A DNA stretch of 63,355 bases, the filler included, from Octopus bimaculoides (lineage: Eukaryota): the NCBI RefSeq assembly GCF_001194135.2. It is 7 parts of 7 records of this genome, joined end to end, with 100 filler letters (N's around TTAATTAATTAA, not from the genome) between each part and the next. Parts side by side here need not be neighbours in the genome. Positions count along the whole stretch, not along the records: positions 7,017 to 14,131 come from NC_068981.1; positions 14,232 to 15,905 come from NC_069004.1; positions 16,006 to 21,170 come from NC_068989.1; positions 21,271 to 25,810 come from NC_069010.1; 3 more parts are not named here. One strand, given 5' to 3'. Below are positions 12,666 through 24,642 of the stretch, in pieces. The first letter of the stretch is position 1, and each line of letters begins with the position of its first letter. The translations under genes were made by a program, and so were the position numbers. The notes below the pieces were generated by a model, which had not been told where the DNA came from, searched no databases, and worked only from the letters and a program-made list of their open reading frames with translations.

Positions 12666-13775
12666 AATGTGTATGCGTGTGTGTATGTATGTGTGTTTTT
12701 TTATGAAGCATTAGGTTGTTTTCCAGTAGTTATTGAACAATTTTATTTATGTTTCGTAAATATGTATTAACATTTGTATACCTTCAAAGTCCCAGTGTGT
12801 AAAGCAGTTGATTTGGCGTCTAACGTACCTCCTCAATACCGGTCGAAATTGCTTCTGGAGATTTCCACGACAAATGTTTTTCTACTATTCGGTTTCCATA
12901 CCATCTCTTATGTGTATTTGGGGACCTTTTCGTTCAAATTTTCTAACCTAAATCGTTTTCATGTTTCTAGCGATGGGATAATATATGTGCTATTTGCATG
13001 CTTAGGTATTTATTGTTTTGCAATATGAATTTGGCCCCCACCATCCAAACACTCTATATCTTTCGGCCCCGTAAATTCTAAACAGTTCAACGATAAATTG
13101 TATTTGATTGGTTTTATGTCAAATAAATTGTCATATCAGTCATAAACTGTCCAGAAATCAAGACAATGCCGGTAACAAATGGTATTTGTACTACTGGACA
13201 TGATTTTAAAAGATCTTGTCAAAACCGTTTCTTGCTTGTCAAATAAACTATTTCCCTGAAGTGAAACGGAAACATTCCTCTCGAATAGTATTCATGTTTT
13301 TCTGATGTTCTCAATTTCTCATCATGTGAGTCATTTCCGGTTTTATGAAACCCCACATTTCGAATTCACTGTTGAAGTAGTTCAGTATGGGAGCAAATGA
13401 CTCAATAGTGTAGCAGTATGAATATTATTTGAGGATTTCTCATTACTTTGGCACCCATTTCATTTTTTATAAGTTAGAAATCTTCGTAGCATCTGCAAAT
13501 TTATTTCATTCTCTGAACGATCATTATTTCTCGTTTAGTGTGCATCATAATTAAGATAAGTTTGTATAATTAAACATGGACATTTCGCTTTATATGACGA
13601 ACCACTGGGTTATCTCGCTTTATATGACGAACAACTGGGTTCCCTCGACTTTTGATCTTCTGGACTATCATTTTAAATGGATTTGTTAAGCATATCGGTT
13701 TCAACATGATGCATTATTAGCAAATGATCGAATTTTCACACGGTTGTTTATTTTATGATCGAGTCTTATTTCCAG

Positions 13776-13838
13776 AGAGCAACTACCTTTTATTACATGC
13801 ACGTGTTTTACAAGCATAATCTTCCTATTGTGCATCAG
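13776..13838 (+). other. Candidate 63-nt exon, possibly a 5'-UTR exon of the DUF229 gene
   Basis: tcttatttccag acceptor and CAG|gtaatt donor; no homology recognised. Confidence 0.25.
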
Positions 13839-14072
13839 GTAATTTGTATTTACATCCTCTTTCTGGATTGAAACTCATATTTTTCAAATGATACACAAGA
13901 TAACAGTTGTTTGCACACAAGACGTACTATAATCATTTGCTAATGTTGCTTTGACGCTAGGAACGAACATAGTCATGGAGGATTTTCTCGTGATAATCAG
14001 TTTTATATTCTACAGTAATAGACACATGCGCTTACTATATTTACCGTATTCAAGGTGGGGTATATAGATAAA

Positions 14073-14131
<59 letters not shown>

Positions 14132-14274
14132 NNNNNNNNNNNNNNNNNNNNNNNNNNNNNNNNNNNNNNNNNNNNTTAATTAATTAANNNNNNNNNNNNN
14201 NNNNNNNNNNNNNNNNNNNNNNNNNNNNNNNCACATTGGTTCAACAAGCAGCGAGTACCGTTCCATGTTTGTAT

Positions 14275-14622
14275 TGTTGTTGTTGGGACTCCGTCGCTTA
14301 CGACGTCGAGGGTTTCGGTTGATCCGATCAACGGAACAGCCTGCTCGTGAAATTAACGTGTACCCTCTCGGGGATATTCAGCGTGACACATTGTGACAAG
14401 GCTGACCCTTTGAATTACAGGCACAACAGAAACAGGAAGTAAGAGTGAGAGAAAGTTGTGGTGGAAGAGTACAGCAGGATTCGCCACCATCCCCTGCCGG
14501 AGCCTCGTGGAGCTTTAGGCGTTACCGCTCAATAAACACTCACAAGGCCCGGTCTGGGAATCGAAACCGCGATCCTATGACCGCGAGTCCGCTGCCCTAA
14601 CCACTGGGCCATTGCGCCTCCA
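14275..14622 (-). mobile_element. Full-length tRNA(Arg-like)-derived SINE with a 12-bp target-site duplication
   Basis: Head TGGCCCAGTGG (A box) and GGTTTCGATTCCC (B box), loop region GACTCGCGGTC, (CAA)n tail. Perfect TSD CCATGTTTGTAT at 14263-14274 and 14623-14634. Confidence 0.9.
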
Positions 14623-15379
14623 CCATGTTTGTATACACACTAGAGATATTATTATAGAACCCGATATTTTAATATAAGGTTGTCTCAAGTGAGTATATTT
14701 ATAGAATAGTCTACTATAGTACATTAGTTTATTAGTTCTAATAGACTTTTAATATACTATGGTACACACTAAACCTGATAACTCCTCACTAACCGGTAAA
14801 ATAATAGACACCCTGCCCTTAATAATATCATGAAACCAAATATTCCGTGAATCACTTGTAATTCCAGCACCAATGAATACAATACAGACATTAAGGCGCG
14901 GTGTTTTTGGTTCCCAAGTGCCAAAAGAGTATTGTATGTTCATGTTCTTGTAATTCCAAATATCCGACAATATACACCCGTTTGTATTCTGATAGCTCGT
15001 TCTAATTTTAGATCGTTCAGAAAGTGCCAATGTAAGATATATTTCTAAAACTCAGCACATTTTTATATTCCTTTGCCTCTCAAAAAAAAAAATCCCAAGA
15101 CACCACTGAAATCCCGTGGCAGCGGAATTATATTGTATTTAGTCAGTTGTGTATCATATATCATTCAATTATTCGATCACTCAATCATTCAATCACTCAA
15201 TCATTCAATCACTCATCCACTCATGAAAGACGAACCTAAAAATAATGTATTTATATGCATACATATACACACATGTATGCATATATTAATATTTGTTTTT
15301 ATGTTCAGTTATAATGAAAAATAATTTTGCATTAAACACATGAGTTTCTCTACACTCAACTTTTCATCTCAAACCCACC

Positions 15380-15530
15380 CTAACACCTAATTAACACTCC
15401 ACTCAAAGCCACACACCCAAGGAAGATTGTAGCTCAACAGAGACTATATAAAGCCGAGATTACCTTCAATGCATTGCAGTCTGACGCTAGCTTAACTAGC
15501 CGAAACTTCGAAGTCACTGTCAATAATAAT
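15380..15530 (+). mobile_element. Possible Penelope-like terminal-repeat fragment
   Basis: TATATAAA followed by CTGACG...CCGAAAC...AATAA, an arrangement I associate with PLE ends; no coding support. Confidence 0.35.
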
Positions 15531-16005
15531 ATTGTTCAAGAATAACATATATATGCACACACACATGCACACACATATGTATATATGTATGTATGTATGT
15601 ATGTATGTGTGTGTGTATGTATGTACTTATATATATATGCACAAACATGCATACATACATACATACATACGTGCGTGTGATATTTGTGTGTGTATATGTG
15701 TGTGTGTGTGTATATGTATGTGTGTGTGCATATATAAGCATTCACTGTTTTTTTGCAAAAAAAAAAGCGGTGGTGCTTCGTTTACAGATTTCTCTATCGA
15801 CACATTTTCAACTTGACTCGGAACAACCAGCATATTCACCCCTGGGTAGAACACTGAAATAATGACACCCCCTAGACACAACAAAATTTATATATATATA
15901 TATATNNNNNNNNNNNNNNNNNNNNNNNNNNNNNNNNNNNNNNNNNNNNTTAATTAATTAANNNNNNNNNNNNNNNNNNNNNNNNNNNNNNNNNNNNNNN
16001 NNNNN

Positions 16006-16051
<46 letters not shown>

Positions 16052-16736
16052 ATTTTGTTCTTTGTTTATATATATATATATATATTTTTTTTTTTTTCAT
16101 TTCTTTTGGCAGAAACGAAGATGTGGATACGGAATCACAAGCGTTGCATCGATTTCTTTGACTGATACCATTCCATGTGCCTTTTATCTGACTGACATTA
16201 CAACATGCAAGTGTGGAGAACGAGAATATTTTCAAAAGAGGTAGCAGACAGCTGTAATAACATCAATGAACTGCAATTCCTCCAAATAGCCTGGAAACGA
16301 AAGGGAAATCCGAACGAGGAATATTTCCAGGAGGAAATATGAGGCTGCGATCGGTCCTATAACATTCCTCTACATTAAAAGAAAGCGGAGAAAAGAGTAT
16401 ATTCAGCAAGCTGCCATAAATATGGTGCTATGAACTACGTTTTTCTGGGGGTTTTTTTGTTTTTTTTTACAAGGACAGCCTTTCCCTTAGCTGCTGAATA
16501 CGTTGTACAGTAACATTCTTCCATCTTTTCGCCAAATTACCTCAATCAAAGTCAGTTTCATCATTACCCCATCCACTACCTGCCCAGTGAATAAATTTGA
16601 ATTTTTATTGAAAACTGCTGCCATTCCTCGATTCTTCGGTGACATTTCAGCTGGGCTGTGCTATGATCTTCATTTTCATTGTTCATCTTTTTAATTATTC
16701 TTATTGATCAGCTGTACTACAGTTACCTTCCTTAAA

Positions 16737-18677
16737 ATGTTCGTTTTCAATATGAATAACCGATGTACAAAGAGGATCGCTCTCTCCCTTATCCTATTGA
16801 TTGTAATTTATTCAGCATATTCGGTATTGAAATTCCCTGATCCTGAATTTATGAAGAGCGATGTTGACATAAAATGTCAGTTGCCAAACATTGACCCTTA
16901 CGATAAAGCTATTATTGATTATATATTCCACCCAGAACCGTTGCATTGCTCTCTCAAAGCCGACTTAACCTTCTTTAACAAGACGGGTTTACTACAACTT
17001 AATGAAACGGCTGCCAAAGAAGCTGGTTTCTCTATAGCAACTCTAAACTGTAGTTACCAGAGTGTGTATCGAACTCATGAAGACGATGATCATGTGGATT
17101 TCAAGAAACCAGTTTGGATTCAATTACCTGCTGATGTACCTGAAGATTTTTTCCTTATCATCTGTCACGACATTAATCGGCGCTCATTTACCCATCTTCA
17201 TGCTCATGTTTCGAAGAAAACCTTTCAGAAAATTAAACGACCCTCTCACTGTCCCCAAGCACCATACAATGTTTTAATTTTTGGGATTGATTCTCTTTCA
17301 AGATTAAATGCAGTAAGGAAACTTCCCAAAACATATAAATATTTAACTGAAACTCTGGGAGGTTTTGCCTTTAAAGGCTACACTAAAGTCGGTGAAAATA
17401 CATTCCCAAACCTGATCCCATTACTGACAGGGAAATACACATATGAACTTCATAAAACCCCAGTGGGAAGCAATTTTTTTGATGGCTACCCATTGTTGTG
17501 GAAGAATTTTTCAAAATGCCAGTATGTTACAATGTTTTCAGAGGATGCACCCATCATTTCTTTATTCAATTACCTAGATAAGGGATTTCTTAAACAACCT
17601 ACTGACCACTACATGCGGCCATTTTGGTTATCTTTTGAGGCTGTTCATCCAGTAAAAAACATGTTGGGTCCTGTGTGGCTTGCTTTGGAAAATAAAAAAG
17701 TCCGCCTGGGGAAAGTTTCAAACTTATGCCATGGCGGTAGTCCAAAACATATGTTAGTAGTAAATTATTTCCTCAGTTTCCTTCGCCGTTATTATCACCA
17801 AATGCCTCTCTTTGGTCTTTCCTGGATTACAGAAATCAGTCATGATTATTTAAACATGATTGAAATAGCGGACAATGACTTTCTTGAGTTTTTTAAAGTT
17901 CTCAATTCCGAAGGCTTTTTAGATAATAGTTTTCTTTTCTTCATAAGTGATCATGGACATAGATTTGACTGGTTTCGGCGAACACTTATTGGACGCATTG
18001 AAGATAAAATGCCATTATTTATTCTGAAAGCACCAGAAAAATTTAAACGCAAACATCCAACAATTGTAAGTAATCTTCAACAAAACAGTGAATACTTAAC
18101 GTCACCTTTTGACACTCATGAAACTGTTAAAGATATTTTGTATGGTAATTTTAAATCCCATTCAAAGACATCTAGAAGCAACAATCAAATTTTCCAACCA
18201 ATTAGTTTATTTGAATCAATTTCAAAAGCAAGAACATGCGCGCAAGCAGGAATACCACAACAGTTCTGCGCATGCTACAAAACAACAGACATTGATCCTA
18301 AGGAAGCAATTGTTTCGGATCTTTCAAAATATATGTTAAAGTCTGTCAATTCATTGACCGAAAAGTTTCGCAATGTATGCGCTGAACTTAATTTTTTCTC
18401 TGTATTAAATGTACAAAAACAAAGTCCATCGGGATCACTTAAGATTAAAAAGAATCCAAAACTGTTAGGTTTTCAATTGACGTATGACGATCCACTTGGA
18501 TTATATATTATTTCAATGAAAGTTACTCCCAGTGATGCTATTTTTGAAGCAATGGTCAATGTTCGTACTGTGAATTCTATGGAAATACTTGGGGATATTT
18601 ATCGGATTAACCGTTATGGTAATCAATCATTTTGCGTGAACGAAAAGAGCCTGAAACCTTATTGTTATTGTATTTGA
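16737..18677 (+). CDS. DUF229-family alkaline-phosphatase-superfamily protein, type II membrane-anchored, 646 aa, single coding exon
   Basis: Uninterrupted ORF. First ATG is at 16737 (the ORF track's TTG at 16704 is not a likely eukaryotic start); stop TGA ends at 18677. N-terminal hydrophobic anchor RIALSLILLIVIYSAYSVL is followed by a Cys-containing stem (C-x-L-P-x-I-D-P). Motifs NVLIFGIDSLSR (Asp codon 17289), GYTKVGENTFPNLIPLLTG (Thr codon 17400), EISHD, FISDHGHRF and C-terminal YRINRYG..S.C...KPYCYC match DUF229 proteins as I know them. A pyrimidine-rich AG at 16710-16711 suggests an upstream UTR intron. Confidence 0.9.
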   Translation: MFVFNMNNRCTKRIALSLILLIVIYSAYSVLKFPDPEFMKSDVDIKCQLPNIDPYDKAIIDYIFHPEPLHCSLKADLTFFNKTGLLQLNETAAKEAGFSIATLNCSYQSVYRTHEDDDHVDFKKPVWIQLPADVPEDFFLIICHDINRRSFTHLHAHVSKKTFQKIKRPSHCPQAPYNVLIFGIDSLSRLNAVRKLPKTYKYLTETLGGFAFKGYTKVGENTFPNLIPLLTGKYTYELHKTPVGSNFFDGYPLLWKNFSKCQYVTMFSEDAPIISLFNYLDKGFLKQPTDHYMRPFWLSFEAVHPVKNMLGPVWLALENKKVRLGKVSNLCHGGSPKHMLVVNYFLSFLRRYYHQMPLFGLSWITEISHDYLNMIEIADNDFLEFFKVLNSEGFLDNSFLFFISDHGHRFDWFRRTLIGRIEDKMPLFILKAPEKFKRKHPTIVSNLQQNSEYLTSPFDTHETVKDILYGNFKSHSKTSRSNNQIFQPISLFESISKARTCAQAGIPQQFCACYKTTDIDPKEAIVSDLSKYMLKSVNSLTEKFRNVCAELNFFSVLNVQKQSPSGSLKIKKNPKLLGFQLTYDDPLGLYIISMKVTPSDAIFEAMVNVRTVNSMEILGDIYRINRYGNQSFCVNEKSLKPYCYCI

Positions 18678-19122
18678 TATTTTTTTATTAATAGATTGAT
18701 ACTTTTAATGTGTTGGGAATTGATATAATTAATTCAGTCTCCCTCTTTCACTTTTTCTCTTTCTTTGTCACTGTCTCTGTTTCTAATGTTTAAATTTTTG
18801 AAGAATTTAAGGAAAAAGATAAAAGCTAATTTCGAAATTGTTCAATCTTCAAACGCCTACTTCATCACCCCATTGCTCTCAGTTGTTCTAAATTTACACA
18901 GGGCTGTGATACATCTGTGGTGGAACTGAGGCTGTTTCCTGAGCTCGAACATAGATATTTTGTGGTAAAGTAAACCAAATGGTTGCAATAGATTGCTGGT
19001 AACTGGTCGCTGATTCATGGAAAAGCAATGATAGAGCGTTCGAAATGAAGCCTGAAGTTAAGTCATGCTTTACGTGTCGTTCTATTTATTAAGTATTTAT
19101 TCAAAGGGACAGAGAGCAGCCC

Positions 19123-19149
<27 letters not shown>

Positions 19150-19155
<6 letters not shown>

Positions 19156-19350
19156 ATCGTTGACCAAACCATTCAATTTTTTTTCTCCCTGTTTTTCTCC
19201 TTGTTTTCTCCGTATTCTTTCTGTTGAAGAACGTAGCTCGAAACGTTAAAGACTTTCTGTATTCCCGAGCGTTAAACTAATACATCCTTTTGTTGTTTAC
19301 ACCACCTGTCCTCGTCTGTTGTTTTTGTTTCGTAAATTCTCCCATATATA
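19150..19350. mobile_element. Short Penelope-like terminal fragment embedded in (TA)n
   Basis: GAAGAACGTAGCTCGAAACG motif, flanked by (TA)n on both sides. Its reverse-complement end (GGGAGAATT.AC.AAA.AACAACAG) recurs at about 22835. Confidence 0.45.
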
Positions 19351-21119
19351 TATATATGGGCTACCCTCTGTCTTTTGGATACGACACGTATAGCATGACT
19401 TAACTTCTATGATGGTGGTATCCACCTTTATAACTAACTGTGTACTATGCAGTTACACAAAATATTTCTTTCAACATAGAAGTCACTTCAAAACAAAGCT
19501 GTTACGTGTTAGCTTTCACAAATCAAGAAAAGTATTTAAGTATGGTAGGAGAGAAAATTAGTTGAGTTTCAGTTTGCAGACAACATATTTCAGTAAGATT
19601 GATATGCTCCAAGAGCATATTCTTCTGAATTAATGGCTAAGAATACTAGATCTGATTCTAGTTTATCGTCCAGGTTACAACAGATGTAATTATTTTCACC
19701 AGCTGTATAAGGCCTAAACAAGTAAACTTGACACGAAATATCTAAAACCACTCAGGAGCAGGAGTGGGGAAGGTTTCAGATTTCTCTCCGTTGTTAGTTT
19801 TGCTTTGAATGTTTGTTTACTGGGAGGTCTTTTTTTTTTTTAAATTTCAGCAATTGAAGAAATTGGTTCAATTCTTTCTTTGCACCATAATGTCTTTCTA
19901 TTTTTGTACTTGAGGCGGAGTAGACGTAAAACAGAACAAGACATAATAGAACGAGCGTTCTATTAGTTCTATTAGTTCTATGAGAAATATCTCAAAATAC
20001 ATTCCACAATGAAGCCTCTCAGTTTGAAAGAAAAAAAGGAGAAAGCAAATTTTTATATGTCTCTANNNNNNNNNNNNNNNNNNNNNNNNNNNNNNNNNNN
20101 NNNNNNNNNNNNNNNNNNNNNNNNNNNNNNNNNNNNNNNNNNNNNNNNNNNNNNNNNNNNNNNNNNNNNNNNNNNNNNNNNNNNNNNNNNNNNNNNNNNN
20201 NNNNNNNNNNNNNNNNNNNNNNNNNNNNNNNNNNNNNNNNNNNNNNNNNNNNNNNNNNNNNNNNNNNNNNNNNNNNNNNNNNNNNNNNNNNNNNNNNNNN
20301 NNNNNNNNNNNNNNNNNNNNNNNNNNNNNNNNNNNNNNNNNNNNNNNNNNNNNNNNNNNNNNNNNNNNNNNNNNNNNNNNNNNNNNNNNNNNNNNNNNNN
20401 NNNNNNNNNNNNNNNNNNNNNNNNNNNNNNNNNNNNNNNNNNNNNNNNNNNNNNNNNNNNNNNNNNNNNNNNNNNNNNNNNNNNNNNNNNNNNNNNNNNN
20501 NNNNNNNNNNNNNNNNNNNNNNNNNNNNNNNNNNNNNNNNNNNNNNNNNNNNNNNNNNNNNNNNNNNNNNNNNNNNNNNNNNNNNNNNNNNNNNNNNNTC
20601 TTCTTCTTCTTCTTCTTCTTCTTCTTCTTCTTCTTCTTCTTCTTCTTCTTCTTCTTCTTCTTCTTCTTCTTCTTCTTCATTTCATTCGTTTTCTTTTTCT
20701 CCTTTCCTCCTCTCCTCTTTCTTCTTTTCCTCCTAAAAAAACTACTACTCCCACCATCAACTCCACCTCCACCTCCCTCTGTCTTCAGCCGTAATTCTCT
20801 CTTGATGACCCCATAAACATGCTGTCTTCCGGTATGCAGAGTTCTCGTCTGATAGCACTTACATGTACAAGTTGTTTGCAAAACAACACCATTTATTCGT
20901 GTCCACTGTCCAATGTTCGTTTTACGCTCACACATACGCGCGCGCGCGCATGCGTGCACACACATACGAGAGCAAGCACGTATGTGCGCGCAAAACACAT
21001 ACGCCCTTATTTAAACAATTTACAGAAAATAAATAGGCGATAAAAGAACAGAACTGATGTAGCTAAGTAAATGGAGTCAGGGGAGAACTTTGTTTAGATT
21101 TTCATGAAGTATCACCGTA

Positions 21120-21170
<51 letters not shown>

Positions 21171-22088
21171 NNNNNNNNNNNNNNNNNNNNNNNNNNNNNN
21201 NNNNNNNNNNNNNNTTAATTAATTAANNNNNNNNNNNNNNNNNNNNNNNNNNNNNNNNNNNNNNNNNNNNAAAAGAAGGGGTGATAGATGAACAAGGAAG
21301 GAAGGGGTGATGTCATACTTGGTGGTGGGATGATGAAAATTGTACGCTGAAAAAATAAATCAAACTGCATTTCAACTTTGTGTGAATATATGTGTGTGTA
21401 TGTAAAAGGAGGTATGTGAATGTTTGTGTGTATGTGTCCCCGTGTGTGTGTGTGTGCGTGTACGCACGCAATGGAAGTGGGATGGTTCATCTTTGTTCGT
21501 TTAGTATTTGGGTTTATTTTTTGATTTGGTTGAATCTTGGTTGTTCTTTTTTTGTTGGTCAGTTATTTTCTAAGATTGTTTTTTTAACGTAAGCGTGCCC
21601 AAACAAGTTGAATGCTTACACAGAGCAGGTTTTGCAGTCACATCATCCAAACCGACCAGGTGAAACCGGGCTTAGCTTGCTAGTATAAACCCTCATGTGC
21701 AATTTTCATGAAACTCGAATGATAGGTATTCCAGTTCCTTAAAGAAAATATAACAGAAAAGTCTTATTCTTCAATTGCATGTAACACGGGCAACGCCGGG
21801 TATCTCTGCTATTCTGGTGATATGAGGTTCTTGAGAAGAATCACCTATCTCAGTGAAAGTGGGTTTTGGTAACACTGTATTCCACCCACATGTAATATTA
21901 GAATATTTTTCACACACTCTACTCCATTAAACCAAACTATATTTCCTCTTCTTGTTTACTTCACATTTCCTCTTTTTCCTTTCATGCACTATACTTATTT
22001 CTCTCTCCTCACTATGGCAGCCCAATCCTGTACTCAATGGCCCTTCCCACTGTATCCTTGCTGCCCTGTAATCCCCTACCTCTATATA

Positions 22089-22651
22089 CAGTAATACTTT
22101 ACTTTACAAGGACCCACTGTACGAGACCCTGGGTTTACGAGTTTTATTTTTCAAGCACAAGATCCAAATTTTGAACGAAGAGCAAAAGTTTCGACTACCA
22201 TAACAAATGCTTCTGCTTGTTACCGAGAGATTTATAGAAAGCGAAAAGAAAGCTTTTTTCAAAGCAAACAACTCTAGACTTGTTTTTTTAAAAAGAAATC
22301 TACAAGTCCGTCTACGAGTGCTTGTGAATCGGTGATCGAGTCTACAAGTGATGATGTGTGTGAGTCTAGTATGAGTGAAGGTGATTCAGAAAACCATTAT
22401 AATAAAAATATTTTTCATTATAAATCATCTCGACATTCTTTTTATTTTACATAAAATATTCTTTACATTCTACTGTTGTTTTATTGCTATTTATTTACAA
22501 GTATTATAAATCTTATGGGTAAAATACTTTACTGGGAACGAATTTTGATTTATAACATTGCTTCTATGGGAAATTATTGCTCTGCTTTATGAGTTTTTGC
22601 TTTACGAGCAGTCTCCGGAAACAAATTAGCACCTATATCAAGGCATTACTG
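22089..22651 (+). mobile_element. Internally deleted Tigger/pogo-like DNA transposon
   Basis: Imperfect TIRs TA|CAGTAATACTT and AAGGCATTACTG. Internal QDPNFERRAKVSTTITNASACYREIYRKRK...Q matches the Tigger/TIGD transposase C-terminus. Confidence 0.7.
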
Positions 22652-22801
22652 AATTATAAATTTCACCAGTTACTAACATGGTTGATGCCAGTGGCCCCTG
22701 ACTGGTTCCCATGCCAGTGGCACATAAAAAGTACCATGCAATTTCATTGACCTGACCCTGGTGTTTTGCTATTTAAGGACCTGATTCACCTGGATCCTGA
22801 A

Positions 22802-22836
<35 letters not shown>

Positions 22837-22861
22837 GGAGAATTCACTAAAAAACAACAGA

Positions 22862-23125
22862 TGTTAATAGAATTATAGTGCAATTCAAAAGCCAAGGAAA
22901 AGAATCCACAGATTCTCGTCCCGGCCGACCTGGGCCCTCAGAAAGGAAGCTTCACTGTTTGAAGAGAACTGTGGAAAACGAACCCCCATTCAAAGGCTTC
23001 TGACATTGCAAAATGGCAAGAAGTTAGTCCAAGAACGTGTGTTACATATCTGCATAAGCTTGGGTGTTATGGACGAACAGTTAGAAGAAAACCTCTCCTT
23101 CAACCAATTAATATCAAATAAAAAA
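22862..23125 (+). mobile_element. Tc1-family transposase N-terminal (DNA-binding) fragment
   Basis: [23 protein letters not shown]...KRTVENEP..(fs)ASDIAK...YLHKLGCYGRTVRRKPLL follows the Tc1 paired-HTH and GR.ARKKPLL pattern. Confidence 0.7.
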
Positions 23126-23149
23126 AATCTTGTGTATACACTGCTATAG

Positions 23150-23330
23150 CTTAGGGGTTACAATGGCCCACAGCTCTTCAATATCCTTCCACAAAACCTG
23201 AGAGACCTACATAGAGTGGGTGTAAGTGTTTTCAAAACAAAACTGGATCCCCCTCCTGTCAAGAGTTCCGGATCAACAACATACCACATGACAAGAAATG
23301 CAGATGAGAGTAAGAACGTCAAACTCCGTC
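23150..23330 (+). mobile_element. 3' end of a CR1/L2-type LINE ORF2
   Basis: NGPQLFNILPQNLRDLHRVGVSVFKTKLDPLLSRVPD...R..SNS matches the LFN.LP..LR...FK..LD end motif. Confidence 0.6.
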
Positions 23331-23436
23331 ATTTGCCAAATGGCCACATATCAGATGAGGTGTAGTTGAAAGGGTAGCAAAGTTAATGGAAATGCAAAGT
23401 TAATGGCTGCAGCTCTCAAGCTGAAATTAGTTAAGT

Positions 23437-23476
<40 letters not shown>

Positions 23477-23919
23477 NNNNNNNNNNNNNNNNNNNNNNNN
23501 NNNNNNNNNNNNNNNNNNNNNNNNNNNNNNNNNNNNNNNNNNNNNNNNNNNNNNNNNNNNNNNNNNNNNNNNNNNNNNNNNNNNNNNNNNNNNNNNNNNN
23601 NNNNNNNNNNNNNNNNNNNNNNNNNNNNNNNNNNNNNNNNNNNNNNNNNNNNNNNNNNNNNNNNNNNNNNNNNNNNNNNNNNNNNNNNNNNNNNNNNNNN
23701 NNNNNNNNNNNNNNNNNNNNNNNNNNNNNNNNNNNNNNNNNNNNNNNNNNNNNNNNNNNNNNNNNNNNNNNNNNNNNNNNNNNNNNNNNNNNNNNNNNNN
23801 NNNNNNNNNNNNNNNNNNNNNNNNNNNNNNNNNNNNNNNNNNNNNNNNNNNNNNNNNNNNNNNNNNNNNNNNNNNNNNNNNNNNNNNAAACAATTTCGGT
23901 AGATTAGACACATGATTGC

Positions 23920-24535
23920 ATCTACACAGAAGGGTGTAGATTTGTGCTGCAGCCAAGAAGTAAGGCGGAGAGGAAGTTCTGCTACATTCCTCACAGGCAG
24001 ACAACATGGGTGTAAGATTTTCTGGGGAAGGGAACACTGACAGGGTCGGTGGCTGTGGGTATACTTCTTGCAGAGAAATGGGTTGATAAGGTAATCGAGG
24101 TAGTCAGAGTGTGATGGAATACTTAAGATTAGATTAGTGCTGCAACATGGATTAGCAACCACTATCTCGGCCTATGCCCCTCAGCTGGGGCTACCCGATG
24201 GACAGAAAGACCGATTTTATGACACCCTCTTGCAGACTACCTCATCAACGAATGACAGGGACCTGCTCTTTGTGGCTAGCGACTTCAATGGGCATGTTGG
24301 ACAACATGCAGGGGGCTTCCATGGTGTACATGGAGGCTATGGTTTTGGTTCCTACAATGAGAAGGGAACCAGACTGCTGGAGTTCTGCAATGAAAATGAT
24401 CTTATGGTTTGTAATACTAACTTCAGGAAACCTGCCAGTCACCTAGTTACCTACCGATCTGGTGGACACACTAGTCAAAAAGATCACATCCTCGCCAGAA
24501 AACGGGAAAGATGGCTACTTGTAAATGCCAAAACC
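23920..24535 (+). mobile_element. APE-like endonuclease fragment of an RTE-clade LINE
   Basis: ISAYAPQLGL..QKDRFYD.L...DFNGHVG...HGGYGFG..NE.G.RLLEFC..NDL.V.NT.F.K...HLVTY.SG...SQ.DHIL; upstream frames give GILLAEKWVDKVIEVVRV. Confidence 0.9.
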
Positions 24536-24580
24536 AACAGTATATTGGATAGATATTATCCCTTAGTTGGTTGGATTCAC

Positions 24581-24642
24581 AACCTCTAACTCTCTTGGAA
24601 TTATATATATATATATATATAATTCCAAGAGAGTTAGAGGTT
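24581..24642. repeat. Perfect 62-bp palindrome
   Basis: AACCTCTAACTCTCTTGGAATT-(AT)9-AATTCCAAGAGAGTTAGAGGTT is fully self-complementary. Confidence 0.95.

Noticed and set aside
14545-14622. tRNA-Arg gene
   Set aside because: The tRNA-like head continues into a SINE body with a (CAA)n tail and TSD.
16704-16736. TTG start for the DUF229 ORF
   Set aside because: Eukaryotic context; the segment overlaps a likely splice acceptor and an in-frame ATG follows at 16737.
16737-18677. Bacterial contamination or horizontal transfer because the ORF has no introns
   Set aside because: DUF229 is an animal family, the protein has a eukaryotic type II anchor with a Cys-rich stem, and the flanks are contiguous host-type DNA.
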